Sequence record: DRR378314_799
Length of the DNA: 64,000 nucleotides
Strand: one strand, 5' to 3'
Of this stretch, positions 9,978 through 19,735 are shown one piece after another. The first letter of the stretch is position 1; every line of letters starts with the position of its first letter. The notes under the pieces are model-generated. The model searched no databases and was not told the DNA's origin. It was given only the letters and a program-made list of their open reading frames with translations. The position numbers and the translations under genes were made by a program.

Positions 9978-12149
9978 ATGAGTACACACCCGCTTCTGGC
10001 AGATTTAAACGAACGACAGCAGCAGGCCGTATCTGCAACCGACGGTCACATGCTGGTTCTGGCCGGAGCCGGTAGTGGTAAAACCCGTGTGTTGGTGCAC
10101 CGCATTGCCTGGCTTATTCAGGAGCGGCAGTATTCGCCCTTTAGTATTCTGGCTGTTACCTTTACCAATAAAGCGGCAGCCGAAATGCGCGGGCGGGTTG
10201 AGCAACTGGTAGGCAGCTCGGTACGTGGTATGTGGATTGGTACCTTCCATGGTCTGGCGCATCGCTTATTACGTGCGCATTATATGGACGTTGGTCTGCC
10301 GCAAAACTTTCAGATAATTGACAGTGATGATCAGCAACGGCTCATTAAACGTTTAATTAAAAGCTTAAACCTGGATGATAAACGCTGGCCGGCAAAGCAG
10401 GCGCAGTGGTACATCAATGGTAAAAAAGACGAAGGTCTGCGCCCGCAGCACATTGAAACCTACGACCCTACAGAGCAAACCTTAAAAGAAATCTACACTT
10501 TGTATCAGGAAAGCTGTGACCGTGCAGGCCTGGTGGATTTTGCCGAATTGCTGCTGCGCGCGCACGAGTTACTGCGCAATAACCGCATTGTCCGCGAGCA
10601 TTATCAAAACCGCTTCCGCCATATTCTGGTCGACGAGTTTCAGGACACCAACTCCATTCAGTACGCCTGGATCCGCTTATTGGCTGGCAGCCAGAACAGT
10701 GTGACCATTGTCGGTGACGATGACCAGTCCATTTATGGCTGGCGCGGTGCTAAAGTCGAGAATATTCACCAGTTTTTATCGGACTTTGAAGGCTCTGAGA
10801 CTATCCGGCTGGAGCAGAACTATCGCTCTACAAGCACCATTTTGCGCGCCGCAAACTCAGTTATTTCCAATAACTCGGGGCGTCTGGGTAAAGACTTATG
10901 GACCGACGGTAACGACGGCGAGCCGATAAGCCTGTATGCCGGCTTCAATGAAATGGATGAAGCTCGCTATATTGTGGCACGAATTGAAGAATGGCGTGAT
11001 CAGGGTGGTTCGCTGCAGGATTCCGCTATTTTATACCGAAGTAACGCACAATCACGTATTTTAGAGGAAGCGTTGCTGCATGCGCGCGTTCCGTATCGTA
11101 TTTATGGCGGCTTGCGCTTTTTCGACCGTCAGGAAATAAAAGACGCTCTGGCCTACCTGCGAATTTTGGGTAATCGCGACGATGACGCCGCTATCGAGCG
11201 GGTGATCAATACGCCGACGCGGGGTATTGGTAACCGGACTATGGATATGATCCGCCAGGCTGCCCGAGAACGTGAAGAGTCTTTGTGGCAGGCGGCAAAA
11301 TATATGGTCAATGAAAAGCAACTGGCCGGGCGAGCGCGTAACGCCGTAGGTTCGTTTCTGGATTTTATCGGGAACTTAGACGACGAAACCGAAGAGTTTT
11401 CATTAGGCCGCCTGAGTGACGAAGTCATTAAGAAAAGCGGTCTGATGGCCATGTACGAGGCCGAAAAAGGCGAAAAAGCGGAAACCCGGGTCGAAAACTT
11501 AAAAGAACTGGTGACTGCCTGCGAAAACTTCACTCTGGATGACGCCGAAGAAGACATGACCCCGCTGAATGCGTTTCTGGCACACGCCTCGCTTGAAGCT
11601 GGCGAAGAGCAGGCCGATGAATATCAGGATGCCGTACAGCTCATGACACTGCATAGTGCTAAAGGTCTGGAATTTCCTTTGGTATTTATGACCGGTGTGG
11701 AAGAAGGCCTGTTCCCGTCTCAGCAGTCGATGGATGAGCCCGGAAGGCTGGAAGAAGAGCGCCGTCTTTGCTACGTAGGTATGACCCGCGCAATGGAAAA
11801 GTTAGTGCTTACTTATGCAGAGCAGCGCCGTATTTACGGTCAGGAGCTGTTCCATAAAGTCAGTCGCTTTATCAGTGAAATACCGGCGGATACTCTGCAT
11901 GAAGTGCGGCTGCAAACTAAAGTTGAAAAGCCTAACAGTTACGGTCGTTTCAACAATGCCGCCAGCCACGAAAGCTTTGAGAAAACCGGTTATTCATTAG
12001 GCCAGCGGGTACGTCATCCTAAGTTTGGCGAGGGTACTGTGCTGAACTATGAAGGTACCGGTCCGCAATCCAGAATTCAGATTAACTTCGACAATGTCGG
12101 CAGCAAGTGGCTGGTTGTTGCTTATGCACGACTGGATCCGGTTTTCTAA
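9978..12149 (+). CDS. uvrD: DNA helicase II
   Basis: AGAGSGKT, TFTNKAA, VDEFQD, GDDDQSIYGWRGA, LEQNYRS, MTLHSAKGLEF, EEERRLCYVGMTRA, C-terminal Tudor-like HPKFGEG. Confidence 0.98.
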   Translation: MSTHPLLADLNERQQQAVSATDGHMLVLAGAGSGKTRVLVHRIAWLIQERQYSPFSILAVTFTNKAAAEMRGRVEQLVGSSVRGMWIGTFHGLAHRLLRAHYMDVGLPQNFQIIDSDDQQRLIKRLIKSLNLDDKRWPAKQAQWYINGKKDEGLRPQHIETYDPTEQTLKEIYTLYQESCDRAGLVDFAELLLRAHELLRNNRIVREHYQNRFRHILVDEFQDTNSIQYAWIRLLAGSQNSVTIVGDDDQSIYGWRGAKVENIHQFLSDFEGSETIRLEQNYRSTSTILRAANSVISNNSGRLGKDLWTDGNDGEPISLYAGFNEMDEARYIVARIEEWRDQGGSLQDSAILYRSNAQSRILEEALLHARVPYRIYGGLRFFDRQEIKDALAYLRILGNRDDDAAIERVINTPTRGIGNRTMDMIRQAAREREESLWQAAKYMVNEKQLAGRARNAVGSFLDFIGNLDDETEEFSLGRLSDEVIKKSGLMAMYEAEKGEKAETRVENLKELVTACENFTLDDAEEDMTPLNAFLAHASLEAGEEQADEYQDAVQLMTLHSAKGLEFPLVFMTGVEEGLFPSQQSMDEPGRLEEERRLCYVGMTRAMEKLVLTYAEQRRIYGQELFHKVSRFISEIPADTLHEVRLQTKVEKPNSYGRFNNAASHESFEKTGYSLGQRVRHPKFGEGTVLNYEGTGPQSRIQINFDNVGSKWLVVAYARLDPVF

Positions 12150-12224
12150 AGTGTAAAGAGGTGATCAAAAACCGCATTCTTCGACTACCTTTAAGGTACA
12201 TACATACAATGTCGGAGGCATTTT

Positions 12225-12647
12225 ATGAAACGCTCTGCAAATGCACAGTGGAAAGGTAGTATAAAAGAAGGTTCAGGCGTTGTTTCAACGCAAAGTGGTG
12301 TTTTAGACAGTACCCAATACTCATTTAAGAGCCGCTTTGAAGAAGGCAAAGGCACCAACCCGGAAGAGCTTCTGGGTGCGGCGCACGCAGGCTGTTATGC
12401 CATGGCGTTTTCGTTAATGCTGGGTGAATCTGGCTATGAGCCGGACAGTATTGATGCTAAAGCCGAAGTGTCGTTAGAAGAAGATGGTGACGGCTTCAGT
12501 ATCGCTAAAATTCATCTGAAGGTGAAAGCCAGTATTCCGGATATTGACGAAGACAAATTCCAGAAACTGGCTGAAAAAGCGAAAGAAGGCTGTCCTGTCA
12601 GCAAAGTGCTGAAGGCTGAGATCTCAATGGATGCCAGCCTCAGCTGA
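12225..12647 (+). CDS. osmC: OsmC peroxiredoxin
   Basis: GTNPEELLGAAHAGC, AKEGCPVSK. Confidence 0.95.
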   Translation: MKRSANAQWKGSIKEGSGVVSTQSGVLDSTQYSFKSRFEEGKGTNPEELLGAAHAGCYAMAFSLMLGESGYEPDSIDAKAEVSLEEDGDGFSIAKIHLKVKASIPDIDEDKFQKLAEKAKEGCPVSKVLKAEISMDASLS

Positions 12648-13559
12648 AGCTAACTTCTTCTTCGCTTTACGATCACGCTGGCGCTGTATAATAGAATCGA
12701 AACTGTACAGTGCCAGCGCACTCCAGATAATAATGAAAGTGACCAGCTTACTTTCTTCTAAAGGCTCACCGTAAACCACTACCGCCAAAGCAAACATTAA
12801 TGTTGGAGCTATATACTGGAAAAAACCCAGTGTGGCATAACGCAGGCGCTGTGCCGCTGCGGTAAAACACAGTAGTGGAATGGTTGTGACCAGCCCAGCG
12901 GCAACGAGTAACAGGTTTAACGTCCACGGATTAGCGGTTAAATCACTACTGGCTGATTCGGCAAACACAAATAGATAAATAAGCATTACCGGGAATAGAA
13001 TCGCGGTTTCCAGCCAAAGTCCGCTAATAGAATCGACCGGCAGGCGTTTGCGAATGGCGCCGTAAATGGCAAAACTAGACGCTAAAGCCAGAGCCACCCA
13101 GGGTACCGAGCCAAAGGTAATAATCTGGATGGTAACGCCCACCACGGCCATACCAATGGCAACTAATTGCAGGCGACGCATACGTTCGGCAAAAAACACC
13201 ATTCCGATAGCCACATTCAATAGTGGGTTAATGTAGTAGCCGAGGCTGGCATCTAACATATGGTTACTGTTGACGGCCCAAATAAATAAAAACCAGTTAC
13301 CACCCAGCAGACAGGTTGCCAAGGTTAAGCGTAGTACTAATTTGCGGCTTTTCAGAATAGGGCGAATGCGATCCAGTCGCTTCATGGCAACGATCAGCAC
13401 AAACACCATCAAAAATGCCCAGATAATTCGATGGGAGAGTATTTCTAGTGCAGGTACTTGTTTCACCAGCTTGAAATAAACCGGTGCTATGCCCCAAAAA
13501 GTATAGGCAGCAAGTGCGAAAAAAACGCCTTGCCGCGCCCGAACGGCGTCATCGGACAT
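12624..13559 (-). CDS. rarD: RarD (EamA/DMT) transporter
   Basis: ASLGYYINPL, LGFFQYIAPT, about 10 TM segments; synteny with yigI and recQ. Confidence 0.93.
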   Translation of the reverse strand: MSDDAVRARQGVFFALAAYTFWGIAPVYFKLVKQVPALEILSHRIIWAFLMVFVLIVAMKRLDRIRPILKSRKLVLRLTLATCLLGGNWFLFIWAVNSNHMLDASLGYYINPLLNVAIGMVFFAERMRRLQLVAIGMAVVGVTIQIITFGSVPWVALALASSFAIYGAIRKRLPVDSISGLWLETAILFPVMLIYLFVFAESASSDLTANPWTLNLLLVAAGLVTTIPLLCFTAAAQRLRYATLGFFQYIAPTLMFALAVVVYGEPLEESKLVTFIIIWSALALYSFDSIIQRQRDRKAKKKLASAEAGIH

Positions 13560-13585
13560 GTCGATAGAATCCTTTTTTATCAGCG

Positions 13586-14050
13586 TTAGCCGACCAGATA
13601 AGTCCCGGTTCCGAACGCTATGTGCGTGCCTTCTTCGTTGTGCAACTCCATCCGTGCCACCGCTACTTTATTACCTGAGCGGATAATGGTTGCGCTGGCT
13701 ATGAACTCGGTACCGCGTCCCGGACGAAGATAATCAACCCGAAGGTCAATAGTACCACAACGGCTCAGACGCTCCATTAAATAAGCTTCAGTAGGAGACT
13801 CCAGTCTGTCGACCATGCCGGCAATAGCGACCAGCCCTCCGGCGGTGTCCAGGGCTGTTGCGGTAACCCCGCCGTGCAGCATACGCTGTGGCACATTACC
13901 CATAAGTTGTTCCTGCCATTTAAATCGAATTTCACCACGCGCAGGGTTAAACTCCGTAATTTCCAGGCCAAGCAGTGCCTGGAACGGAACCTGAGTGTTC
14001 ATAAACTCGGAAACTTTTGTCAGTATTGTTTGTGTATTCATTTTCGGCAT
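13586..14050 (-). CDS. yigI: Hotdog-fold acyl-CoA thioesterase (YigI-like)
   Basis: LHGGV.AT.LD..GG, TIDLRVDYLRPGRG, GTYLVG. Confidence 0.88.
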   Translation of the reverse strand: MPKMNTQTILTKVSEFMNTQVPFQALLGLEITEFNPARGEIRFKWQEQLMGNVPQRMLHGGVTATALDTAGGLVAIAGMVDRLESPTEAYLMERLSRCGTIDLRVDYLRPGRGTEFIASATIIRSGNKVAVARMELHNEEGTHIAFGTGTYLVG

Positions 14051-14110
14051 GGTGATTAGCGGACAGGACGCTTACAATAAGAGCATGTTACTCGGGAAGT
14101 CAATATAACC

Positions 14111-15955
14111 ATGCACAGCAGTACCGCCGAAAAAGCACAATTTGATCCGCTTAAGCAGCAGCTTGAATCTACCTTTGGCTATCATCAGTTTCGTGATGGC
14201 CAGCAGGATATTATGCAGGCCGCTATGCAAGGGCGTGACTCTCTGGTGCTGATGCCAACCGGCGGCGGTAAGTCGCTGTGCTACCAGTTGCCGGCTATTT
14301 GTGGTGACGGCCTTACCCTGGTTATTTCACCGTTACTGTCGTTAATGCAGGATCAGGTCGAGGCACTTAAAGCTCTGGATATTTCCGCGGCGACGCTGCA
14401 TTCCGGGGTGTCATCGCAAGAATCTATGGCAACCATGCAAGGGCTTCAGAGCGGTGACATTAAGCTGCTTTATGTAAGTCCAGAGCGGGTTTTACAACCA
14501 ACCTTTATTGAACGCCTGCAAACCTTAAAGCTGAATTTTATTGCGGTGGATGAAGCCCACTGTATCAGCCAATGGGGACATGACTTCCGGCCTGAATACG
14601 GCAAACTTGGAGTGCTGCGTAATTACCTGCCCAATGTGCCTTTTATGGCATTAACGGCAACCGCAGACTCTGCCACCCAGCACGATATTATTGAACGGCT
14701 GTGTCTGCGCGAACCTCTGGTGCATCGCAGCTCGTTCGACCGCCCCAATATTCGTTACGTGGTGCAGGAAAAGTACAAGCCGCTGAAGCAGGTTCGTGAC
14801 TACGTTAAAAAGCAAAAAGGCGCCGCCGGAATTATTTACTGCGGCAGCCGCAAAAAAACCGAAGAGCTGTCGGAAAGTCTGCAGCAAGCCGGGGTGCGCG
14901 CTGCACCCTACCATGCCGGTATTGAGCACCAGATAAAGGAAAGCACCCTGCGCCAGTTTCTGCGTGACGACATAGATGTTGTTGTTGCGACGGTGGCCTT
15001 TGGTATGGGTATTAATAAGCCCAACATTCGTTTTGTCATTCATTTTGATATTCCCCGCAGCGTTGAATCTTACTATCAGGAAACCGGGCGTGCTGGCCGA
15101 GATGGTCTGCCAGCCGAGGCTGTCATGCTTTATGACCCACGTGACGCGCAGTGGATACGACGCATGATAGAAGATCAGGAGAATGAGCAGCGGCGCTTGG
15201 TCGAGGCGCAAAAGTTTTCAGCTATGCAGGCTATGGCAGAAGCGCAGACCTGCCGGCGGCTGGTGGTGTTGAATTATTTTAATGAATACTCGGATAAGGA
15301 ATGCGGAAACTGCGATTTGTGTCTGGATCCGCCCCAGCGCTACGACGGTCTGGAAGACGCTCAAAAAGCACTGAGCTGTGTATACCGAGTCGGTCAGCAG
15401 TTTGGTATTAACCATGTAGTTGAGGTTTTGCGTGGTTCAAAAGCCCAACGTGTTCTCGAGCTGGGACACGACCAGTTGAGCACGTACGGCTTAGGCAAGT
15501 CGGAAACTCAGGAGCACTGGTTTTCGGTGTTACGGCAGCTCATTCACCGAGGGCTTATTCTGCAGGACATTCGGCGTTTTGCAGCACTTCAGCTCACTGA
15601 TGCAGCCCGCCCTGTGTTAAAAGGCGAAGTTCCGCTGGAACTGGCTAAGCCGCGAATAGAATTAACTGCAACCAAAACCCGAATTACCGACCGGGGTGAC
15701 TATAATAAAATTTTGTTCCGGCGTTTGCGTAAGTTGCGTAAAGACATTGCTGACCGTGATCAGGTGCCGCCTTTTGTGGTGTTCAGTGATGCGGCACTGG
15801 TGGAAATGTGCGTACACTATCCCACAACAGCCAAAGATATGTTAGAAATCAATGGTGTTGGAGAAGTTAAACTGGCACGTTATGGCAATGAGTTTATGCA
15901 GGCCGTGGAAGCTTTCTTGTCCGGAGCCAGCGAGCGGCAATTATTTAACGGGTAA
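14111..15955 (+). CDS. recQ: ATP-dependent DNA helicase RecQ
   Basis: MPTGGGKSLCYQLP, DEAHCISQWGHDFRPEY, QETGRAGRDG, Zn-binding Cys cluster, RQC and HRDC regions. Confidence 0.98.
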   Translation: MHSSTAEKAQFDPLKQQLESTFGYHQFRDGQQDIMQAAMQGRDSLVLMPTGGGKSLCYQLPAICGDGLTLVISPLLSLMQDQVEALKALDISAATLHSGVSSQESMATMQGLQSGDIKLLYVSPERVLQPTFIERLQTLKLNFIAVDEAHCISQWGHDFRPEYGKLGVLRNYLPNVPFMALTATADSATQHDIIERLCLREPLVHRSSFDRPNIRYVVQEKYKPLKQVRDYVKKQKGAAGIIYCGSRKKTEELSESLQQAGVRAAPYHAGIEHQIKESTLRQFLRDDIDVVVATVAFGMGINKPNIRFVIHFDIPRSVESYYQETGRAGRDGLPAEAVMLYDPRDAQWIRRMIEDQENEQRRLVEAQKFSAMQAMAEAQTCRRLVVLNYFNEYSDKECGNCDLCLDPPQRYDGLEDAQKALSCVYRVGQQFGINHVVEVLRGSKAQRVLELGHDQLSTYGLGKSETQEHWFSVLRQLIHRGLILQDIRRFAALQLTDAARPVLKGEVPLELAKPRIELTATKTRITDRGDYNKILFRRLRKLRKDIADRDQVPPFVVFSDAALVEMCVHYPTTAKDMLEINGVGEVKLARYGNEFMQAVEAFLSGASERQLFNG

Positions 15956-15964
15956 AGAGTAACA

Positions 15965-16225
15965 ATGGAAGACAACGTCATTACGCTAAAAAGTACGCCA
16001 CCGGAAGCTGACCATGAGCTTTGGGTGAACGAACTTTGTGAGCGTATTGGTGCTACCATCCGTGAAAAAGAATGGGCTGCGGACCAGTTTTGCTGGCGTT
16101 TGAGTATTAACCAGCGGCACTGGCTGCTGTTCTACTCGGAAATTTGTGATGCTGTCTGGTTACAAGCTCTGGAAGAACCTGAAGCGACAGTAAAAGCACG
16201 CCTGGTGGAGCATGGTTATGTTTAA
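15965..16225 (+). CDS. Small conserved protein, DUF3630-like
   Basis: 86 aa with E..W.AD...W and Y.E...A.W pattern; sits between recQ and the GGDEF/EAL gene. Confidence 0.55.
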   Translation: MEDNVITLKSTPPEADHELWVNELCERIGATIREKEWAADQFCWRLSINQRHWLLFYSEICDAVWLQALEEPEATVKARLVEHGYV

Positions 16226-19010
16226 CTACTTGTTTGCTGCACTACTGTTAGCGTTAACTCTGATACCACTGGCTTTTGCTCAGGATCCTCTAACCGTTTC
16301 CCCGCAAAGCTCGCGCTTAATGCTGAATGAACACTTCAATTACCGGGTGGTCAATGCCAACCTGCAAGTTGAGAGCATTGCTATTAATGAACCGCAGCGC
16401 TGGTTAAGCCCTGAGGAGTTACAGGATCATAACTACGCAGGTGAACGACCCAATGTCTGGGGCGTGGTTCCTTTGTTTAATCGAAGTAACGCGCCGCTTA
16501 CTCTTCACCTGCATTTCGGCGACCCTTACCTGGAACAAGTTGGGGTTTATTTACTGGATAAAAATGGGCAAATAGAAAGCAGCAGCATCAGCCGGTTTTC
16601 CACCCCGCTATTACAGCGAAATTATTTGTCTCATGAGCAAATTCTTCCGGTAACCTTACCCGCTAACAAAATTGTCTGGTTGGCTGTGTCGGTGCAGCAA
16701 TGGCCGGAACAAATGCCGTCTATAGGTCTGTGGCAGCCGGGCGACTTACAGTTACGCCTTCAGCAGCAACAAACAGCTTTGGGGGTTAACGCCGGTATTC
16801 TTATTCTGCTGGCTTTAGCAGCGGCTGTTTCAGCGCGGTTGTTCGGTAGCCGCCTGTTAATTTCCTTTGGCGGTCTGACATTAACCTTTACTCTTTCGCT
16901 GCTATCACACAGTGGCATCTGGATTACCTATTTTACACCATACTCACCGGACATTGCTGCGGAGTTGAAGGTGTATATCAGCCAGCTCCTGATCCTGGCT
17001 CTTAGTTGGTTTATATGGGAATGGTCGCGTTTTCGCTTCAAGTTCTCCCGTTTCAACCGTATTGGTTATGCAGTAATGATGGTGGCAATTGCGTTGACCA
17101 TTTTGTTGCCGTGGCTGTCGGAGCCCTGGCGGTTGGCTTCTGTATCCTGGCAAATTAATGCGTTATTGCTCTGGGGCGGAGTGGTTATTGGCCGTAGCCT
17201 GCAGAAGCAACCTGTGGCGGGTCATAAATGGCAAACGGTATTGATGGTTCTGACCATTATATCCGCCTGGCTGCTGGTTTCACCGCGCTATAACCCAATA
17301 TGGGAAGGGCTTTCCGGGTTATTGTTGTACAGCGGCCTGACTTTAGTCACAACTATGTTTTTGCTGGCGCTTGAGCGCTACCGATTTAGTCGCCTGGTAC
17401 AGCGTATTAGCAATTTAAAACGTAACCGCAAAATTTTAAGGCGGCGTTTATGGCGTATTTTAAAACGAACCGGAGAAGGTTGGTTCAGAGTTAACCCCGA
17501 CGGCAGTATTAAACAGGTTAACCGGCAAATGATAAAAATTCTGGCGGCTCACTCTCTGAAACAAATTCAGATGCACTGGCCAAAAGGTTTTAGCATTGAA
17601 GGCCAACGGCAACTGGTTTCTATTGAGCGGCTTGATGGTCGTAAAGTGTGGCTCGATATTGAATTGTTTCCTGACAATACCGGGCGTATGGCCGATGTAA
17701 CAAAACGTATGGAAGCAGAAGTTCATCTTAACTTTTTGGCACATCACGACGCCGTAACGGGCTTATTAAATGTGCGCGAGTTTCGGCGCCTGCTGCAATC
17801 CCGTCTGGATAGAAAAAAGACAACCAGCGTTACCATTATTCGTCTTAATGGTTTGCAGGTTATTGCGGATCAAGCGGGTGCTGACGGCCGTGATCAGGCC
17901 ATACTACAGCTGACATTATCCTTACAGCAAAAAGCACCTAAAAGCGCACGTGTCGCACGCATAAGTGAAGCAGAAATTGCGCTGCTGACGAACGAAGATG
18001 AACAAGCGGCGTTTGCTCAGGCGCATCGTTTACTGCAAGTTTGCAGAGAGTTTCGTTTTAGTAGTGAAAAACGTATTTTTCAGCTGACAGGTCACGCCGG
18101 TATTGTTTACAGTCATGACGAAAGTCTGGCCGCCAGCACTATCATGAGGCAAGCCCGGGAAGCCGTGCAGCTGGCAATGCAGCAGGGTGACTACAGAGTA
18201 CACACGCACAGCGAAGCTGATCAGATACGTTTAATTGGGCAAGCTGAGGAAGAGTGGGAAGCGCGGCTGAAAAAAGCACTGCGGGAAGAGAACTGGCAGT
18301 TGTTTGCGCAGCCACTGGTCAGTGCCGCAAAAAGCGAAGATAAGCATTGCTTCGAGTTGTTATTGCGACTGCCGGGTAACGAGCGTGACGAGGCTATTGC
18401 TCCGCAGCAGTTTTTACGAGCCGCTCTTAATGCAGGCGTTATGGGTAAAGCTGACCGCTGGCTGGTCAGGGAAGTTATTGAGCATTTTAATGAACAACCC
18501 TTTGAAGCTAATCGCACCTGGCGCTGTCATATTAATTTGTCCGCGCAAAGCCTCGAAGATGTCGACTTTATTCGCTTTATAGAGCAAATCCTGAAGCATT
18601 CTATATTACAGCCGGAGCAGTTGGTCTTTGAGGTGGCAGAACCTGATGCCAATGAGTATTTTGATGAAACTTACCGTCTGTTCAGAGAGCTTAAGGACTT
18701 AGGTATTGGTACTGCTTTAGATCAGTTTGGTACCGGCTTTAATTCGTTCCGGCTTATGCGGCAATTACCGTTAACGCAAATTAAGGTTAACAGGTTTTGG
18801 GTGCAGGACATGCTGGTAGATGCGGTTGATGCGGAGCTGGTCGCCAGCTGTGTGCGCATTGCTAAGGTTCTCGATATTGAGGTATGTGCAGTAGGTGTGG
18901 AAAGTGATGAAGCACGTATTAAGCTCACTCAGCTGGGCGTAGACTATATCCAGGGGTTCGTCTGTGGGCACCCAGTAGAGTGGCAACGTCAGGAAAAACA
19001 GGGCGGCTAA
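16212..19010 (+). CDS. Membrane sensor: periplasmic 7TMR-DISM-like domain, multi-TM region, PAS-like linker, degenerate GGDEF and EAL domains
   Basis: Signal-like N-terminus, about 7 hydrophobic helices, HDAVTGLLN, RISEAEI in place of GGDEF, then FELLLR / INLS / DQFGTG / IQGF. Confidence 0.85.
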   Translation: MVMFNYLFAALLLALTLIPLAFAQDPLTVSPQSSRLMLNEHFNYRVVNANLQVESIAINEPQRWLSPEELQDHNYAGERPNVWGVVPLFNRSNAPLTLHLHFGDPYLEQVGVYLLDKNGQIESSSISRFSTPLLQRNYLSHEQILPVTLPANKIVWLAVSVQQWPEQMPSIGLWQPGDLQLRLQQQQTALGVNAGILILLALAAAVSARLFGSRLLISFGGLTLTFTLSLLSHSGIWITYFTPYSPDIAAELKVYISQLLILALSWFIWEWSRFRFKFSRFNRIGYAVMMVAIALTILLPWLSEPWRLASVSWQINALLLWGGVVIGRSLQKQPVAGHKWQTVLMVLTIISAWLLVSPRYNPIWEGLSGLLLYSGLTLVTTMFLLALERYRFSRLVQRISNLKRNRKILRRRLWRILKRTGEGWFRVNPDGSIKQVNRQMIKILAAHSLKQIQMHWPKGFSIEGQRQLVSIERLDGRKVWLDIELFPDNTGRMADVTKRMEAEVHLNFLAHHDAVTGLLNVREFRRLLQSRLDRKKTTSVTIIRLNGLQVIADQAGADGRDQAILQLTLSLQQKAPKSARVARISEAEIALLTNEDEQAAFAQAHRLLQVCREFRFSSEKRIFQLTGHAGIVYSHDESLAASTIMRQAREAVQLAMQQGDYRVHTHSEADQIRLIGQAEEEWEARLKKALREENWQLFAQPLVSAAKSEDKHCFELLLRLPGNERDEAIAPQQFLRAALNAGVMGKADRWLVREVIEHFNEQPFEANRTWRCHINLSAQSLEDVDFIRFIEQILKHSILQPEQLVFEVAEPDANEYFDETYRLFRELKDLGIGTALDQFGTGFNSFRLMRQLPLTQIKVNRFWVQDMLVDAVDAELVASCVRIAKVLDIEVCAVGVESDEARIKLTQLGVDYIQGFVCGHPVEWQRQEKQGG

Positions 19011-19020
19011 TTGCCGCCCC
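18994..19020 (-). terminator. Probable intrinsic terminator for the Hsp20 gene, overlapping the stop of the convergent gene
   Basis: Minus strand reads GGGGCGGC-AATTA-GCCGCCC-TGTTTTT. Confidence 0.6.
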
Positions 19021-19037
19021 TCATCCAGTGCTTAAGT

Positions 19038-19511
19038 TTAAGCAGCACTTTCCTTACTTTTGGAACGATCTTGCAGCAGGTCTTTAGTTGAACTGCTAAT
19101 GTCGATACGTTTCGGTTTCTTGGCTTCAGGAATATTCTTCACCAGGCCGACCGTTAACAGACCGTTCTTTAAGGCTGCGCCGGTGACTTCAATGTGCTCA
19201 GCCAGGCTGAACTTACGTTCGAAGGCACGGTTTGCAATGCCGCGGTGCAGATATTCGCGTTTTTCGTTTTCTTCGGCTTTTTTGCCGGTCACACGAAGTA
19301 CGCCGTTCTCTACTTCAATTTCCAGATCATCCTCTTCAAAACCTGCAACCGCCAGTGTAACGGCGTACTGGTTTTCTGCTACCAGTTCAATGTTGTAGGG
19401 AGGATATCCGGTTGCACCAGTATCTGAGCGTAGTGCCGAATCCAGCAAAGATGCCATGCGGTCAAAACCTACACTGCTACGATATAGAGGGCTTAAGTCG
19501 ATAGTTGCCAT
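19038..19511 (-). CDS. ibpA: Small heat shock protein, Hsp20/IbpA family
   Basis: DLSPLYRSSVGFDR, YPPYNIE, LAVAGF, YLHRGIANRAFERKF, NGLL, PEAKKP..I.I; AGGAG RBS spaced for the ATG at 19511. Confidence 0.93.
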   Translation of the reverse strand: MATIDLSPLYRSSVGFDRMASLLDSALRSDTGATGYPPYNIELVAENQYAVTLAVAGFEEDDLEIEVENGVLRVTGKKAEENEKREYLHRGIANRAFERKFSLAEHIEVTGAALKNGLLTVGLVKNIPEAKKPKRIDISSSTKDLLQDRSKSKESAA

Positions 19512-19608
19512 AGTCATTCTCCTTTGAAGCAATAACTTTAAAATGTTTAATTAAGTGACACACCATGTGTCGGTTAAGGCGGCTCTCTCAGAGACACCTG
19601 CCTTAACT
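19512..19608 (-). promoter_or_regulatory. ROSE-like RNA thermometer in the Hsp20 5' UTR
   Basis: Hairpins GTTAAGGC...GCCTTAAC and GACACA-TGG-TGTGTC, then UUGCU just 5' of the AGGAG RBS (TTATTGCTTCAAAGGAGAATG). Confidence 0.65.
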
Positions 19609-19611
19609 TCT

Positions 19612-19640
19612 ATATGTGTACTGCTCAATTTGGTTTCAAG
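19612..19640 (-). promoter_or_regulatory. Sigma32 (RpoH)-like promoter for Hsp20
   Basis: Minus strand CTTGAA-N15-ACACATAT versus consensus CTTGAA-N13-17-CCCCATnT. Confidence 0.6.
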
Positions 19641-19735
19641 AGTCGGGTTGCAAAATTTTCATTGGACTCTGCTTCAAGGCACTCTATTATCGGGGCTAAG
19701 CAATACTTTATTTATTTGTGAAAAGGACTCTCAGG

